Below, piece after piece: positions 25,685-34,314 of a DNA stretch of 64,000 bases (position 1 is the first letter of the stretch; each line of letters starts with the position of its first letter). Under the pieces are notes generated by a model, which made no database searches, was not told where the DNA came from, and saw nothing but the letters and a program-made list of their open reading frames with translations. A program made the position numbers and the translations under genes. The DNA is from Pyrinomonadaceae bacterium (GTDB taxonomy: Bacteria; Acidobacteriota; Blastocatellia; Pyrinomonadales; Pyrinomonadaceae): contig JBIOUJ010000262.1 of assembly GCA_044867025.1 (NCBI GenBank), positions 717-64,716 of the forward strand, written 5' to 3'.

Positions 25685-26026
25685 TTACCAGCGTGGCTCA
25701 GAGCGACGTCCCTGGTTGCTGCCCCCACGGCCAAAGCCGCCGCCGCGATTACCGCCAAAACCACCACCGCTACGATTTTCGCGCGGACGGGCTTCGTTGA
25801 CTTTCAAGGTGCGACCAGCAACTTCCTTTCCGTTGAACTGTTCAATCGCTGCCGCCGCTTCATCGTCCGTAGACATTTCGACGAAGGCGAAACCTTTCGA
25901 TCGGCCAGTATCGCGATCCTCAATCACGCTTGCTGATTCAACCGTTCCGGCCTGAGCAAACAGTTGCTCAAGATTTTGACTGGTAGTTTGGAAAGCGAGG
26001 TTTCCAACATAAAGCTTTTTTGACAT
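25685..26026 (-). CDS. RRM-type RNA-binding protein with a Gly/Arg-rich tail
   Basis: RNP-2 is KLYVGNL and RNP-1 is KGFAFVEM. The tail is SGGGFGGNRGGGFGRGG. Confidence 0.9.
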   Translation of the reverse strand: MSKKLYVGNLAFQTTSQNLEQLFAQAGTVESASVIEDRDTGRSKGFAFVEMSTDDEAAAAIEQFNGKEVAGRTLKVNEARPRENRSGGGFGGNRGGGFGRGGSNQGRRSEPRW

Positions 26027-26312
26027 AGAGATATACCTTTCCTCTGATTAGGAATGAAAAGAAGCTGCGAATCGGATTTGGCTTCGGCGAACGGTAGCGT
26101 TCGAAGGATCAGGTTCGGATGCTCTCAACTAAGAGCGGCTTCGATATGTGTGAAACAAGCCTGCTCTCGAACTATCCAAAACGTCCGGCGCTGATTGTTT
26201 TATGCGCGGAGCGCATCACCGTCGATGCGCGAGAGAAGGGTAATCGAGGTCTATGATGCCTTATAACAGGCGCAAGTTGCAAGCTGGAGCACAACAGATC
26301 CTTGATTATCCT

Positions 26313-26752
26313 AACGGCGAAGGCGTTGGCTAATTCCAGCCCAGGGTGGCGCGGGAGCTGTTCATTATCATGACATCCTTTACAGTTTGTTTTTCCCGAG
26401 CCGGTTGTAAACGGCCTTTCTCATTCTCCCCAAGCTTTAGCTTGGGGTCCTCGCTGTCTCCTACTCTTGAAAACCATTTAAATGGTTTTCCCGATTCTGG
26501 GAGCGGTGTCCCCCAAGCTAAAGCTTGGGGAGAATGAAAGGCCCGCTGTCATGATAACGATGTGTAAAGGATGTCATGATAATGAACAGCGTAGCGAGAA
26601 CCCTGGGTAATCGGATCAAAATGTATTTCGAACCCTGAAAGGGTTCGGCAATGGGGAACGCTTTCAGCGTTTCGACTTAATTCTATTTGCTAACCCAAGG
26701 TTGTCGCTAATGCTCCAACCTTGGGCTGAAATTAGCGAACGCCTTCGGCGTT
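26313..26752. repeat. Repeat family A copy interrupted by a nested MITE
   Basis: The left arm is aacggcgaaggcgttggctaattccagcccagggt. The right arm is ccaaccttgggctgaaattagcgaacgccttcggcgtt. The hairpin cccagggt..gcgggag / ..gcgagaaccctggg is split by the element at 26357-26590. Confidence 0.8.
26357..26590. mobile_element. MITE-like element (family B), 234 bp with 28-bp terminal inverted repeats
   Basis: The TIRs are gctgttcattatcatgacatcctttaca (26357-26384) and tgtaaaggatgtcatgataatgaacagc (26563-26590). Internal sub-hairpins are cattctccccaagctttagcttgggg / ccccaagctaaagcttggggagaatg and gaaaaccatttaaatggttttc. There is no coding capacity. Confidence 0.75.
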
Positions 26753-26791
26753 ATTCCGACAGACCTTTTGAGCAAGCGATACAAACAGAGA

Positions 26792-29700
26792 CTAAGACCT
26801 GATTCTGAACGTACCCAGGTTACTCATTTCACCGTGTACGGTCACGCGAAGGGTACACGTCCCGATCGGTAAGTTATCCGGTAATGGAAAAACAATCTGG
26901 ACAAATGGGAAGTTCGGTACGGGTCTGACATCTTCGGCCGGTATGTCGTAGGTCTTGTTATTACTATCAATCAAATTAACGACAACTGCAGAACTGGTGT
27001 CACCCTGGACCAACGGAAGATTTGAAGCGAAGATCATGACTCTTCTATTCAGGCCAAGCAGCATGTCCACGACCGGAAACGGATCTCTTACGAATAAGAA
27101 CGCATCCAGCACCGCCACTTGATTTGGCGTACTCCCCGCTTCTTCTGTGAGCAGTTGAATTGAAAAAGGCGTTGGCGTCGGCGTCGGTGTAGGCGTCGGC
27201 GTTGGCGTGGGCGTGGGCGTCGGCGTGGGCGTTGGCGTGGGCGTGGGCGTTGGCGTCGGCGTTGGCGTCGGCGTTGGTGTCGGCGTTGGCGTTGGCGTGG
27301 GCGTTGGCGTTGGCGTCGGCGTCGGTGTTGGCGTCGGATCTCCCGCCACCGTGAAATTCGCCGTCTGGTCGGCCGTGAGATTCGATAGCGTTATCGCCGC
27401 AGGAGTAAATTGAAGGTTCGGTTTTGACGCAGTTAGCGTGTAATCACGCCCGTGCGCCAGTTTAAGGAATGCGTAGTTTCCATTTTGATCGGTCAGCGTT
27501 GTACTGATGATGTTCTGTTGCAAACTTATGGAGATCGTCGTATCCGGAATTCCGTCACCGCTTGCGTCGGAAACTCGACCGCTGATGTTAGCCGTGTTCG
27601 ACGGTCTTAGCTGTAACTCCCATATACCGCGGCCATAAGTTGCCGCACGCAACGTCGATCCATCTCTCGAGACTTTCAGATCTTCAACCCAAATACTGGG
27701 AAGCCCGGAGCCCAGCATGGTCCAGTTTTGACCGCGATCAGTTGTCGTGAAAACTCCATTAAAAGTCCCACAATAGAGTGTGTTTGAGTCGAGAGGATCA
27801 ACCTCAATCGTAAGAACAACCACAAAGGCCGGAGGCAAACCATTCCCACGTGGTGTCCAGGTGTCGCCTCCATCAGTGCTCATGAATACGCCGCTGCATC
27901 CAGAACAAGGGCTGATTGAGCCAACGTAAATCACGTTTGAGTCTGAAGGATCAATTTCCACACTATGGATTGACTTGCCATTAAATTTCGTGGCCCACGT
28001 CATTCCGCCATCTGTAGACCTGTATAGTTGAAAGCCGCTCCAGGCCATCAGGACGTTACCGTTACTTTTTGCGACTGCTACGCCATCAAGAGAGTCCAAA
28101 GTGGACCCGTCACTCACTCCGTTAGGTAATGCCGTCCACGAATCACCTTGATCCGTCGTCTTCCAAACCAGGCGCTGCGAGACCGTGTAAAGAGTTGAAG
28201 GCTGATTCTGGTCCATCACTAATCGCGTTGCGAATGGTTTTCCTTCGCCAACGGGGTACGGAGGTGTGATGAGAGTCGTGGTCGGACCGAAAAAGATATT
28301 GGGGTTAATACCAAAGTCCCTGGTTCTACGAATAGTTCCGCTTTGGCAAGTGGCATATGCGATGGCAGGATTTTGTGGATCGATCGCCGAGTCGAACCCG
28401 TCGCAGAACGGCATAAGGAGCAACTCTGTGCCACCTGAACCAGGCCGCCAATCTACTCCGTTGTCCTGTGAACCAGCTAAGAAGCTGTTTGTGACTACAT
28501 CGTGATTCGACATTGCATAATACTCACGCACGCCCAAGCCTTGATTATGCTCGGTAACGATATTTCCCTGCGCGCGGTATACGCCTCCGTCGTTCGTTAT
28601 CCAGAGAGTTGATCCTTGATATTGTTGATCGGTCCAATCGACATGTACGGAGAAACAATTGAAATCCTGACAGAATGGCAGGAACCAGGTTTCACCGCCA
28701 TCCAGGGAACGGCTGTAAGTAACACCACCAACTGTGATCTCGTTGGGATTCGAAGGAGAAACTACGATCGTATTATCGTGGAAGGCCTGACCCCGCAACA
28801 GATTCCTGTTGTTCGAAAACCCTGCCAGGTCCTGCCACGTCTCGGCGGCGTCCGTTGATTTGAATACGTGCGAAGCCCTGGGGCTGGTTGCAAAGTCAGC
28901 AGTCAGGAGATAAAGGATGCGCGGGTCTGACGGCGTAATCGCAATGGACATATAATCGGGGACAGCAGGTAACCCCGACGTCTTCTCGGTAAAACTCATA
29001 CCTCCGTCTGTCGACTTCAGCACGCGCCCGCCCTCTGACGTGAATGCAGCAGCATAGAGCACGAGAGGACTAGCGGGATCCCGCTTCAAATCGGTCACTT
29101 GATTGTATGGGTTATGGGGAAGGCCAACAGTCCAGTTGTTGCCGCCATCTGTAGATCTAAGGACACCAGCACCGGTCGTGGCGGCAACGAGTTCGAGCGG
29201 ATTCGTTGGATGAACGGAAATGCGGAAAAAACGGCTGGCGATTACGCTCGACGGGAATTGCCAGGTAGCACCGCCATCGACAGACTTAAGCAGGCCGATC
29301 CCGCCCGCGTGTTCTGATCCGGTTCCCACGTAAATCACGTTGGGAGACGACGGGGCCAACGTGATTGCGCCCACGTTCAAGTTGTTAATTGAATCAGTAA
29401 GATTGGTCCATGTTTCTCCGTTATCAGTTGTCTTCCAAACGCCGCCGCTGTTCGCTGCAACATAAACGGTTCCCATCACTGTAGGATGTACCGCCACCGC
29501 GTTTATTCGACCTGCTCCATTGGATGGTCCAAGTGATACCCAACTCGTTGCCGCCGACATTGGACGGGGACCAATTCGTTTCTTGAATGCTTCTCTTGAC
29601 TGGTATTCGTCACGGACTCTCTTTAACCGCAACTCCGGTGCAACATCCGGATGACGTTTTTTGAACCATTTGATGCGCTCGAGAATTTCACTTGACTCAT

Positions 29701-29803
29701 CCTCAACCTCTTTTTTGATCTGACTTGTACTCGGCGGCGTAAAGCACAATGCGAGCAATAGGACCAGGATCAAAGTAGACAGTAAGAGAGCCGGGCTTCT
29801 CAT
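26792..29803 (-). CDS. Secreted BNR/Asp-box (sortilin/Ycf48-like propeller) protein with a carboxypeptidase-regulatory-like domain, a long PT linker and a C-terminal Ig-like domain
   Basis: The signal peptide is MRSPALLLSTLILVLLLALCF. Asp-box motifs are numerous: TTDNGETW, SVDGGATW, STDGGNNW, STDGGMSF, STDAAETW, SLDGGETW, TTDQGDSW, STDGGMTW, STDGGDTW and TTDRGQNW. GRVSDASGDGIPDT...TDQNGNYAF follows, then about 30 PT dipeptides. Confidence 0.85.
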   Translation of the reverse strand: MRSPALLLSTLILVLLLALCFTPPSTSQIKKEVEDESSEILERIKWFKKRHPDVAPELRLKRVRDEYQSREAFKKRIGPRPMSAATSWVSLGPSNGAGRINAVAVHPTVMGTVYVAANSGGVWKTTDNGETWTNLTDSINNLNVGAITLAPSSPNVIYVGTGSEHAGGIGLLKSVDGGATWQFPSSVIASRFFRISVHPTNPLELVAATTGAGVLRSTDGGNNWTVGLPHNPYNQVTDLKRDPASPLVLYAAAFTSEGGRVLKSTDGGMSFTEKTSGLPAVPDYMSIAITPSDPRILYLLTADFATSPRASHVFKSTDAAETWQDLAGFSNNRNLLRGQAFHDNTIVVSPSNPNEITVGGVTYSRSLDGGETWFLPFCQDFNCFSVHVDWTDQQYQGSTLWITNDGGVYRAQGNIVTEHNQGLGVREYYAMSNHDVVTNSFLAGSQDNGVDWRPGSGGTELLLMPFCDGFDSAIDPQNPAIAYATCQSGTIRRTRDFGINPNIFFGPTTTLITPPYPVGEGKPFATRLVMDQNQPSTLYTVSQRLVWKTTDQGDSWTALPNGVSDGSTLDSLDGVAVAKSNGNVLMAWSGFQLYRSTDGGMTWATKFNGKSIHSVEIDPSDSNVIYVGSISPCSGCSGVFMSTDGGDTWTPRGNGLPPAFVVVLTIEVDPLDSNTLYCGTFNGVFTTTDRGQNWTMLGSGLPSIWVEDLKVSRDGSTLRAATYGRGIWELQLRPSNTANISGRVSDASGDGIPDTTISISLQQNIISTTLTDQNGNYAFLKLAHGRDYTLTASKPNLQFTPAAITLSNLTADQTANFTVAGDPTPTPTPTPTPTPTPTPTPTPTPTPTPTPTPTPTPTPTPTPTPTPTPTPTPTPTPTPFSIQLLTEEAGSTPNQVAVLDAFLFVRDPFPVVDMLLGLNRRVMIFASNLPLVQGDTSSAVVVNLIDSNNKTYDIPAEDVRPVPNFPFVQIVFPLPDNLPIGTCTLRVTVHGEMSNLGTFRIRS
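27168..27346 (-). repeat. Coding microsatellite-like (GGCGTN)n tract encoding about 30 PT dipeptides
   Basis: The tract runs ggcgttggcgtcggcgtcggtgtaggcgtcggcgttggcgtgggc... The + strand GV-repeat ORF at 27207-27413 is its shadow. Confidence 0.85.
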
Positions 29804-29907
29804 TGTGGATCGAACTCAGCGGGTCGGACGCCGGAGAAAAATGGGGAGCATGCGAAGGGGCGACCGAAGTGAGAATAGACTACTGAGGATTGTTCCTGCG
29901 TGCAAGA

Positions 29908-31083
29908 TTATCGGGCGGACTTCTGTATAACTCGAGGGGCAGAATCCAGTTCAGAATCTGCCGGAAGCGTGAACTGGAAGACAGCTCCGCGGGGGGAGTT
30001 TGGGGCGGCCCAGAGGCGGCCGCTGTGGGATTCGATGATGGTGCGGCTGATCGCGAGGCCCATGCCCATGCCGTCCGCTTTCGTCGTGAAGAAGGCATCA
30101 AAGACACGTTCGAGATTAGCCGGATCGAGTCCCTCACCGGTATCGCGTACGGCGACGGTCACAGCCTTCGAGTCGTCGTGACTAGAACTGATCGATAATT
30201 CTCGTTCGCCGTTCTTGTTCTTCGCGATTGCTTCCAGCCCGTTGATGACCAGATTCAGAATTACCTGTTGCAATTGAACGCGGTCTCCGCGCACCCGAGG
30301 CAAGTCAGTCGCCAGTTCCCTTTTCAACACGACACCCGCACGGCGTGCCTGGTTTTGGGCCAGGGCCAGCACCTCTACAATCACTTCGTTCAGGTCCACC
30401 AGATCGTTTCGCGCCGGTGTCTTTTTCACCAGCGCGCGAACACGCGAGATCACGTCGCTCGCCCGGTAACTGTCCTTGATAATGCGGTCGACGGCTTTGC
30501 GCGCCTCGTCAAAATTCGGTTGCGCACCCCCGAGCCACCTCAGACAAGCGTTACTGTTTGTGACGATCGCCGCCAACGGCTGGTTAACTTCGTGAGCGAT
30601 CGAAGCTGTCAGTTCTCCAACAGTCATTACGCGAGTGACGTGGGCTAATTCCGTCTGAACTTTTTGCAACGTCTCGCCGCGTTCCCTCAGCGTTTCGTTG
30701 GCTTGTCTCAGCTCCGCTGTGCGGTCCTGCACTCTCGTTTCGAGTTCGTCGCGAGCATGGCGCAACGCTTCCTGAGACTGCTTCCGCTTCGCACTCATCC
30801 AACTCGTCAGGACAGCTAAAAACCCAAACACGACGAGAAAACTGATCTGCTTCAAATCCGGGCGCAGCGTGTAGAGCGGCGGAACAAAGTAATAGTCGAG
30901 CGCGACTGTGGCCAGCGCGACGGCAACGAGACCTGGCCCCATGCCTCCGAACCAGGCGCTGATCACGATCGCGGCGTAGAAAAGAGGCGTGATGTCAGTG
31001 TATTGCTCGAGCGACTTCGTGATGACCAGTGCCGCTGCGACAGTGAGCACAGCGAAAGCATATCGCCACAGTGTTCTCAACAT
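29908..31083 (-). CDS. Membrane sensor histidine kinase
   Basis: An N-terminal TM block, then a coiled coil, then the H-box ASIAHEVNQPLAAI. The N/G boxes are LNLVINGLEAI, VRDTGEGL and GMGMGLAISR. Confidence 0.85.
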   Translation of the reverse strand: MLRTLWRYAFAVLTVAAALVITKSLEQYTDITPLFYAAIVISAWFGGMGPGLVAVALATVALDYYFVPPLYTLRPDLKQISFLVVFGFLAVLTSWMSAKRKQSQEALRHARDELETRVQDRTAELRQANETLRERGETLQKVQTELAHVTRVMTVGELTASIAHEVNQPLAAIVTNSNACLRWLGGAQPNFDEARKAVDRIIKDSYRASDVISRVRALVKKTPARNDLVDLNEVIVEVLALAQNQARRAGVVLKRELATDLPRVRGDRVQLQQVILNLVINGLEAIAKNKNGERELSISSSHDDSKAVTVAVRDTGEGLDPANLERVFDAFFTTKADGMGMGLAISRTIIESHSGRLWAAPNSPRGAVFQFTLPADSELDSAPRVIQKSAR

Positions 31084-31171
31084 TTAATCGCCCTCCGGGT
31101 CCCACAGATTCTAATTAGAGCCACAAAAAGGCACAAAGTGCGGCCTTTCTTTCATGGCAAAGCCGTGGCAA

Positions 31172-33400
31172 TTACATCACGAACCCAGGAGCTTCGGGGA
31201 TCGGGAGGGCGGCGGGTGAGTTAACGCGGTTCAGAATAAACAGGTCGGCGTCCATTGCATTCATGGGTTGGGAGAACAAGAAGCCCTGAGCATATTGACA
31301 CCTCAGTAGACGGAGTTGGTTTAGTTGTTCTTCAGTCTCGACACCTTCGGCGATCACTTCCATACCGAGGTTTCCAGCCAACGTCACGATCGTCTTCACT
31401 ATCTGCAAGTTTTCATCACTCTGATTCATCGTCGAGATGAAGGAGCGATCGATCTTCAGGATGTCCAGCGGGAACCGGTTGAGATAACTCAGCGAAGAAT
31501 AGCCGGTACCGAAATCATCAATGCTCAAAAGCACTCCCAGCGCACGCAATTTACCGAGCGTGATCGCAGCGATTTCCGGATTCTCCATCACCACGCTTTC
31601 CGTGACCTCCAATTTCAAATGCCACGGCTTAAGCTGAGTTTCCTGTAGCACTTCTGCAATTCGTTGGACCAGGTCATGCTCCATTAGCTGTTTTGCGGAG
31701 AGATTGACGCTGATTATCAAGTCTCGCTCCGAGAACGAACGTTGCTGCCACACCCGCAACTGACGGCAAGCTTCACGAAACACGTTCAATCCTATTGGCA
31801 GAATTAACCCGGTCTCCTCCGCAAGCGAGATGAAGTCCGTGGGCGAGACCACGCCACGTTCCGGGTGATGCCACCTCACCAGCGCCTCGAACCCGTGCAG
31901 TTGCCCGGTTGTTACCGAGACAATCGGCTGATAATAAACACGAAGCTCATCGTTCTCGATCGCACGTCGCAGATCGGTCTCCAGGCGCAGTAACGTGACT
32001 GCCCGCGTATGCATCGCCGTGTCGAATACCTCGTAACGCGCTTTGCCACCCTCTTTCGCGCGATACATCGCGGTGTCTGCATCGCGGATGATGTCTTCCG
32101 CTTCTTTATAGTTCGGGGAACTGAGCGCGACGCCGATGCTGGCGGTCGAAATCGCTTCGTGATTTGTGAGGTTGAAAGGCGCAGTTATTGTTTGCAGTAC
32201 CTTTTCAGCAACCTGGATCGCGTCTGACGGACCCTGTATCGACTCGAGCAGTATCGCGAACTCATCGCCGCCGAACCGTGCCACTACATCCGACTGCCGA
32301 ACACACGTTTCGAGACGACGAGCGATCATGATCAGCAGTTCATCGCCGCAAGGATGGCCCAAACTGTCGTTGATATTCTTGAAACGATCCAGATCGAGGA
32401 ACAACACACAGAACCGGTATTCGTCGTTCTGATGAGCACGTCCGAGAGCCAATCGCAGGTGCTCAGTGAACAATGTACGGTTAGGCAGTCCGGTCAGCGC
32501 ATCGTGAAAAGCGGCGTGACGAAAATGTTCGCGACTTTCCTGAAGCTCTTTGCTGGTCCCTTCCAGCTTCTCAACGTAACGATTAAGTTCTGAAACATGT
32601 CGCTCAGCCTGTTCGGCTCGAAGGCGCTCAGCTTCCGCACGCGCGTGTTCGGCCTCGGCGCGTTCGCGTTCGGCTCGTTCAGCGTGTGCCGCAGTCGCTC
32701 TGATGTCTTCGAGGTATTTTTCGTAGGTGAAATAAATGATCGAGATGATCGGAAGCGGCGCCAGCACGGCGTAAAAGCTGATCGTGTTTTCCAGTTTCAC
32801 GATACCGCCGGCCAGAAACGCACCGACAAAATAAGTCAGCGACGACCAGAGGTAATGCTTGTTCCACGTTTGCCACAGAGGCCGATCAGTTTTCAGGCCG
32901 AGGCAAATCGCTACGAGCCATGTGTGCATTAGATACTGCGCCACCGCAACTACGCAGAGAATAACCAGGCTGCTCGAAAAGGGTTGTGAATGAATGTTGA
33001 ACTCAATGCCGAACAGCAGCCGCGCCAACGCGCCTGTGGTGAAAACGGCGCTCGCGCTTGCTCCCGCATTGAAGAGGACCGTGATCCAACGTCTGCTGAG
33101 ATGCAGGCCGGAACTCAATCCATCGATAGTAGCGACTACAACTGCCGCTTCTGGTCCATAAAGGAGAAACGTAAGAAAGACAAAGGTGTCGGCTACTGTA
33201 ATGGTCGTATTGGCGCGCGGAATTCTGATGGCGATACGTGAACTAATAACCGCCGTCAGCAGAAACAGCAAAAGAAAACGAAAGTCGAGTTGCTGGTAAG
33301 GCAGGTTCTGCGCCGAATAGAGAAAGATCGTACTGCCGACGGTAACGACCAGCCACATATAGCGGTGCAGAAGCTTTTGTCTTGCCGTCGTGTCGGGCAT
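31172..33400 (-). CDS. Membrane-anchored GGDEF-EAL protein (c-di-GMP cyclase/phosphodiesterase)
   Basis: About 6 N-terminal TM helices, then an ERAERERAEAEHARAEAERLRAE coiled coil. The GGDEF motif is RFGGDEFAILL. The EAL motifs are FEALVRW and DDFGTGYSSLSYL. Confidence 0.9.
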   Translation of the reverse strand: MPDTTARQKLLHRYMWLVVTVGSTIFLYSAQNLPYQQLDFRFLLLFLLTAVISSRIAIRIPRANTTITVADTFVFLTFLLYGPEAAVVVATIDGLSSGLHLSRRWITVLFNAGASASAVFTTGALARLLFGIEFNIHSQPFSSSLVILCVVAVAQYLMHTWLVAICLGLKTDRPLWQTWNKHYLWSSLTYFVGAFLAGGIVKLENTISFYAVLAPLPIISIIYFTYEKYLEDIRATAAHAERAERERAEAEHARAEAERLRAEQAERHVSELNRYVEKLEGTSKELQESREHFRHAAFHDALTGLPNRTLFTEHLRLALGRAHQNDEYRFCVLFLDLDRFKNINDSLGHPCGDELLIMIARRLETCVRQSDVVARFGGDEFAILLESIQGPSDAIQVAEKVLQTITAPFNLTNHEAISTASIGVALSSPNYKEAEDIIRDADTAMYRAKEGGKARYEVFDTAMHTRAVTLLRLETDLRRAIENDELRVYYQPIVSVTTGQLHGFEALVRWHHPERGVVSPTDFISLAEETGLILPIGLNVFREACRQLRVWQQRSFSERDLIISVNLSAKQLMEHDLVQRIAEVLQETQLKPWHLKLEVTESVVMENPEIAAITLGKLRALGVLLSIDDFGTGYSSLSYLNRFPLDILKIDRSFISTMNQSDENLQIVKTIVTLAGNLGMEVIAEGVETEEQLNQLRLLRCQYAQGFLFSQPMNAMDADLFILNRVNSPAALPIPEAPGFVM

Positions 33401-33405
33401 CTGCG

Positions 33406-34296
33406 TTAGAAATAGAGGAGATCGTATTGGCCGGAAACAGTAAATCCGAGTTTTGAATAGAACGATTTTGTGCGAGTGTCTTTACTCTCGACGAATAGAT
33501 AGATAGCGTGGGTGCGTTCCAGCAGAATGCGACCGAGTGCAGTCACATAACGGTGACCCACTCCTTTACCCCGCTCTTCTGGTCTGACATAAACGCCTTC
33601 GATATAGCTGGCCTGAGGTGTATCCGCAATTACGTCTGTCTTGAAGATCAGCCGTCCATTTTGGATCACGACCCAAACTCGTTTCTTGTCGATGCGGCGA
33701 AGATAACGTTGACGGAAACCGAGCGCGTCTTTCTTCAGCGGATCGACGCCGCTGGTCTCAAAGGCCATCGAGGCTTGAGCACGAACCACCTGCTCGAGAT
33801 CCTCGCCTGTCGCTAGCCGAAGGCCCTCAACATTAGCTTGTTCCGCAAATGGCTCCCGCCGCTGTAAGAAAGTGATCGGACATACGAGTCGTGGCGAAGC
33901 ATCGTTGGCAGCGTAGTATTTCCAAAATCGTTCGACCGCATTGTGCTCGCCCATCAGTAAGTGAGGTGAACTCTCACGACGAGCGAGCGCTGCAAACGCC
34001 TGGATCGCACGATCGCTAAAAGCTTCAAACAGGATCGTATGGCCTATGAGCGCGACGCCCTCCACTCTGTTCTTTTCATCGCGGCACGTATAAAACCGTC
34101 CACGGTTTAGAGGATTGACAAAAGTGTTATCGCGGATGAACCCGGCCATGATCACGTTTGTCAGCGACTCCCTGGAGAGTGCCGGCAGAATGCGCTCCTC
34201 ACTTCCAGGTAAAGGAGACGTGATAACAGGTACGGTCGCCTGTCCCGCGATAGCAGGTAGGTTTTCTGTTTGGAGTTTAGGAGCTGGAGTTGCCAT
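33406..34296 (-). CDS. GNAT-family N-acetyltransferase (two-lobed)
   Basis: The acetyl-CoA-loop-like motif is RPEERGKGVGHRYVTALG. It lies 5 nt upstream of the GGDEF-EAL gene. Confidence 0.65.
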   Translation of the reverse strand: MATPAPKLQTENLPAIAGQATVPVITSPLPGSEERILPALSRESLTNVIMAGFIRDNTFVNPLNRGRFYTCRDEKNRVEGVALIGHTILFEAFSDRAIQAFAALARRESSPHLLMGEHNAVERFWKYYAANDASPRLVCPITFLQRREPFAEQANVEGLRLATGEDLEQVVRAQASMAFETSGVDPLKKDALGFRQRYLRRIDKKRVWVVIQNGRLIFKTDVIADTPQASYIEGVYVRPEERGKGVGHRYVTALGRILLERTHAIYLFVESKDTRTKSFYSKLGFTVSGQYDLLYF

Positions 34297-34314
34297 AGTC
34301 TTTATAGAGGTCGA

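Noticed and set aside
26027-26312. The long upstream region of the RRM-protein gene as a cold-shock-type structured 5' UTR.
   Set aside because: This is plausible by analogy with cold-induced RNA-binding protein genes, but I could not identify a defined conserved structure or promoter by eye. The evidence is insufficient to call a feature.
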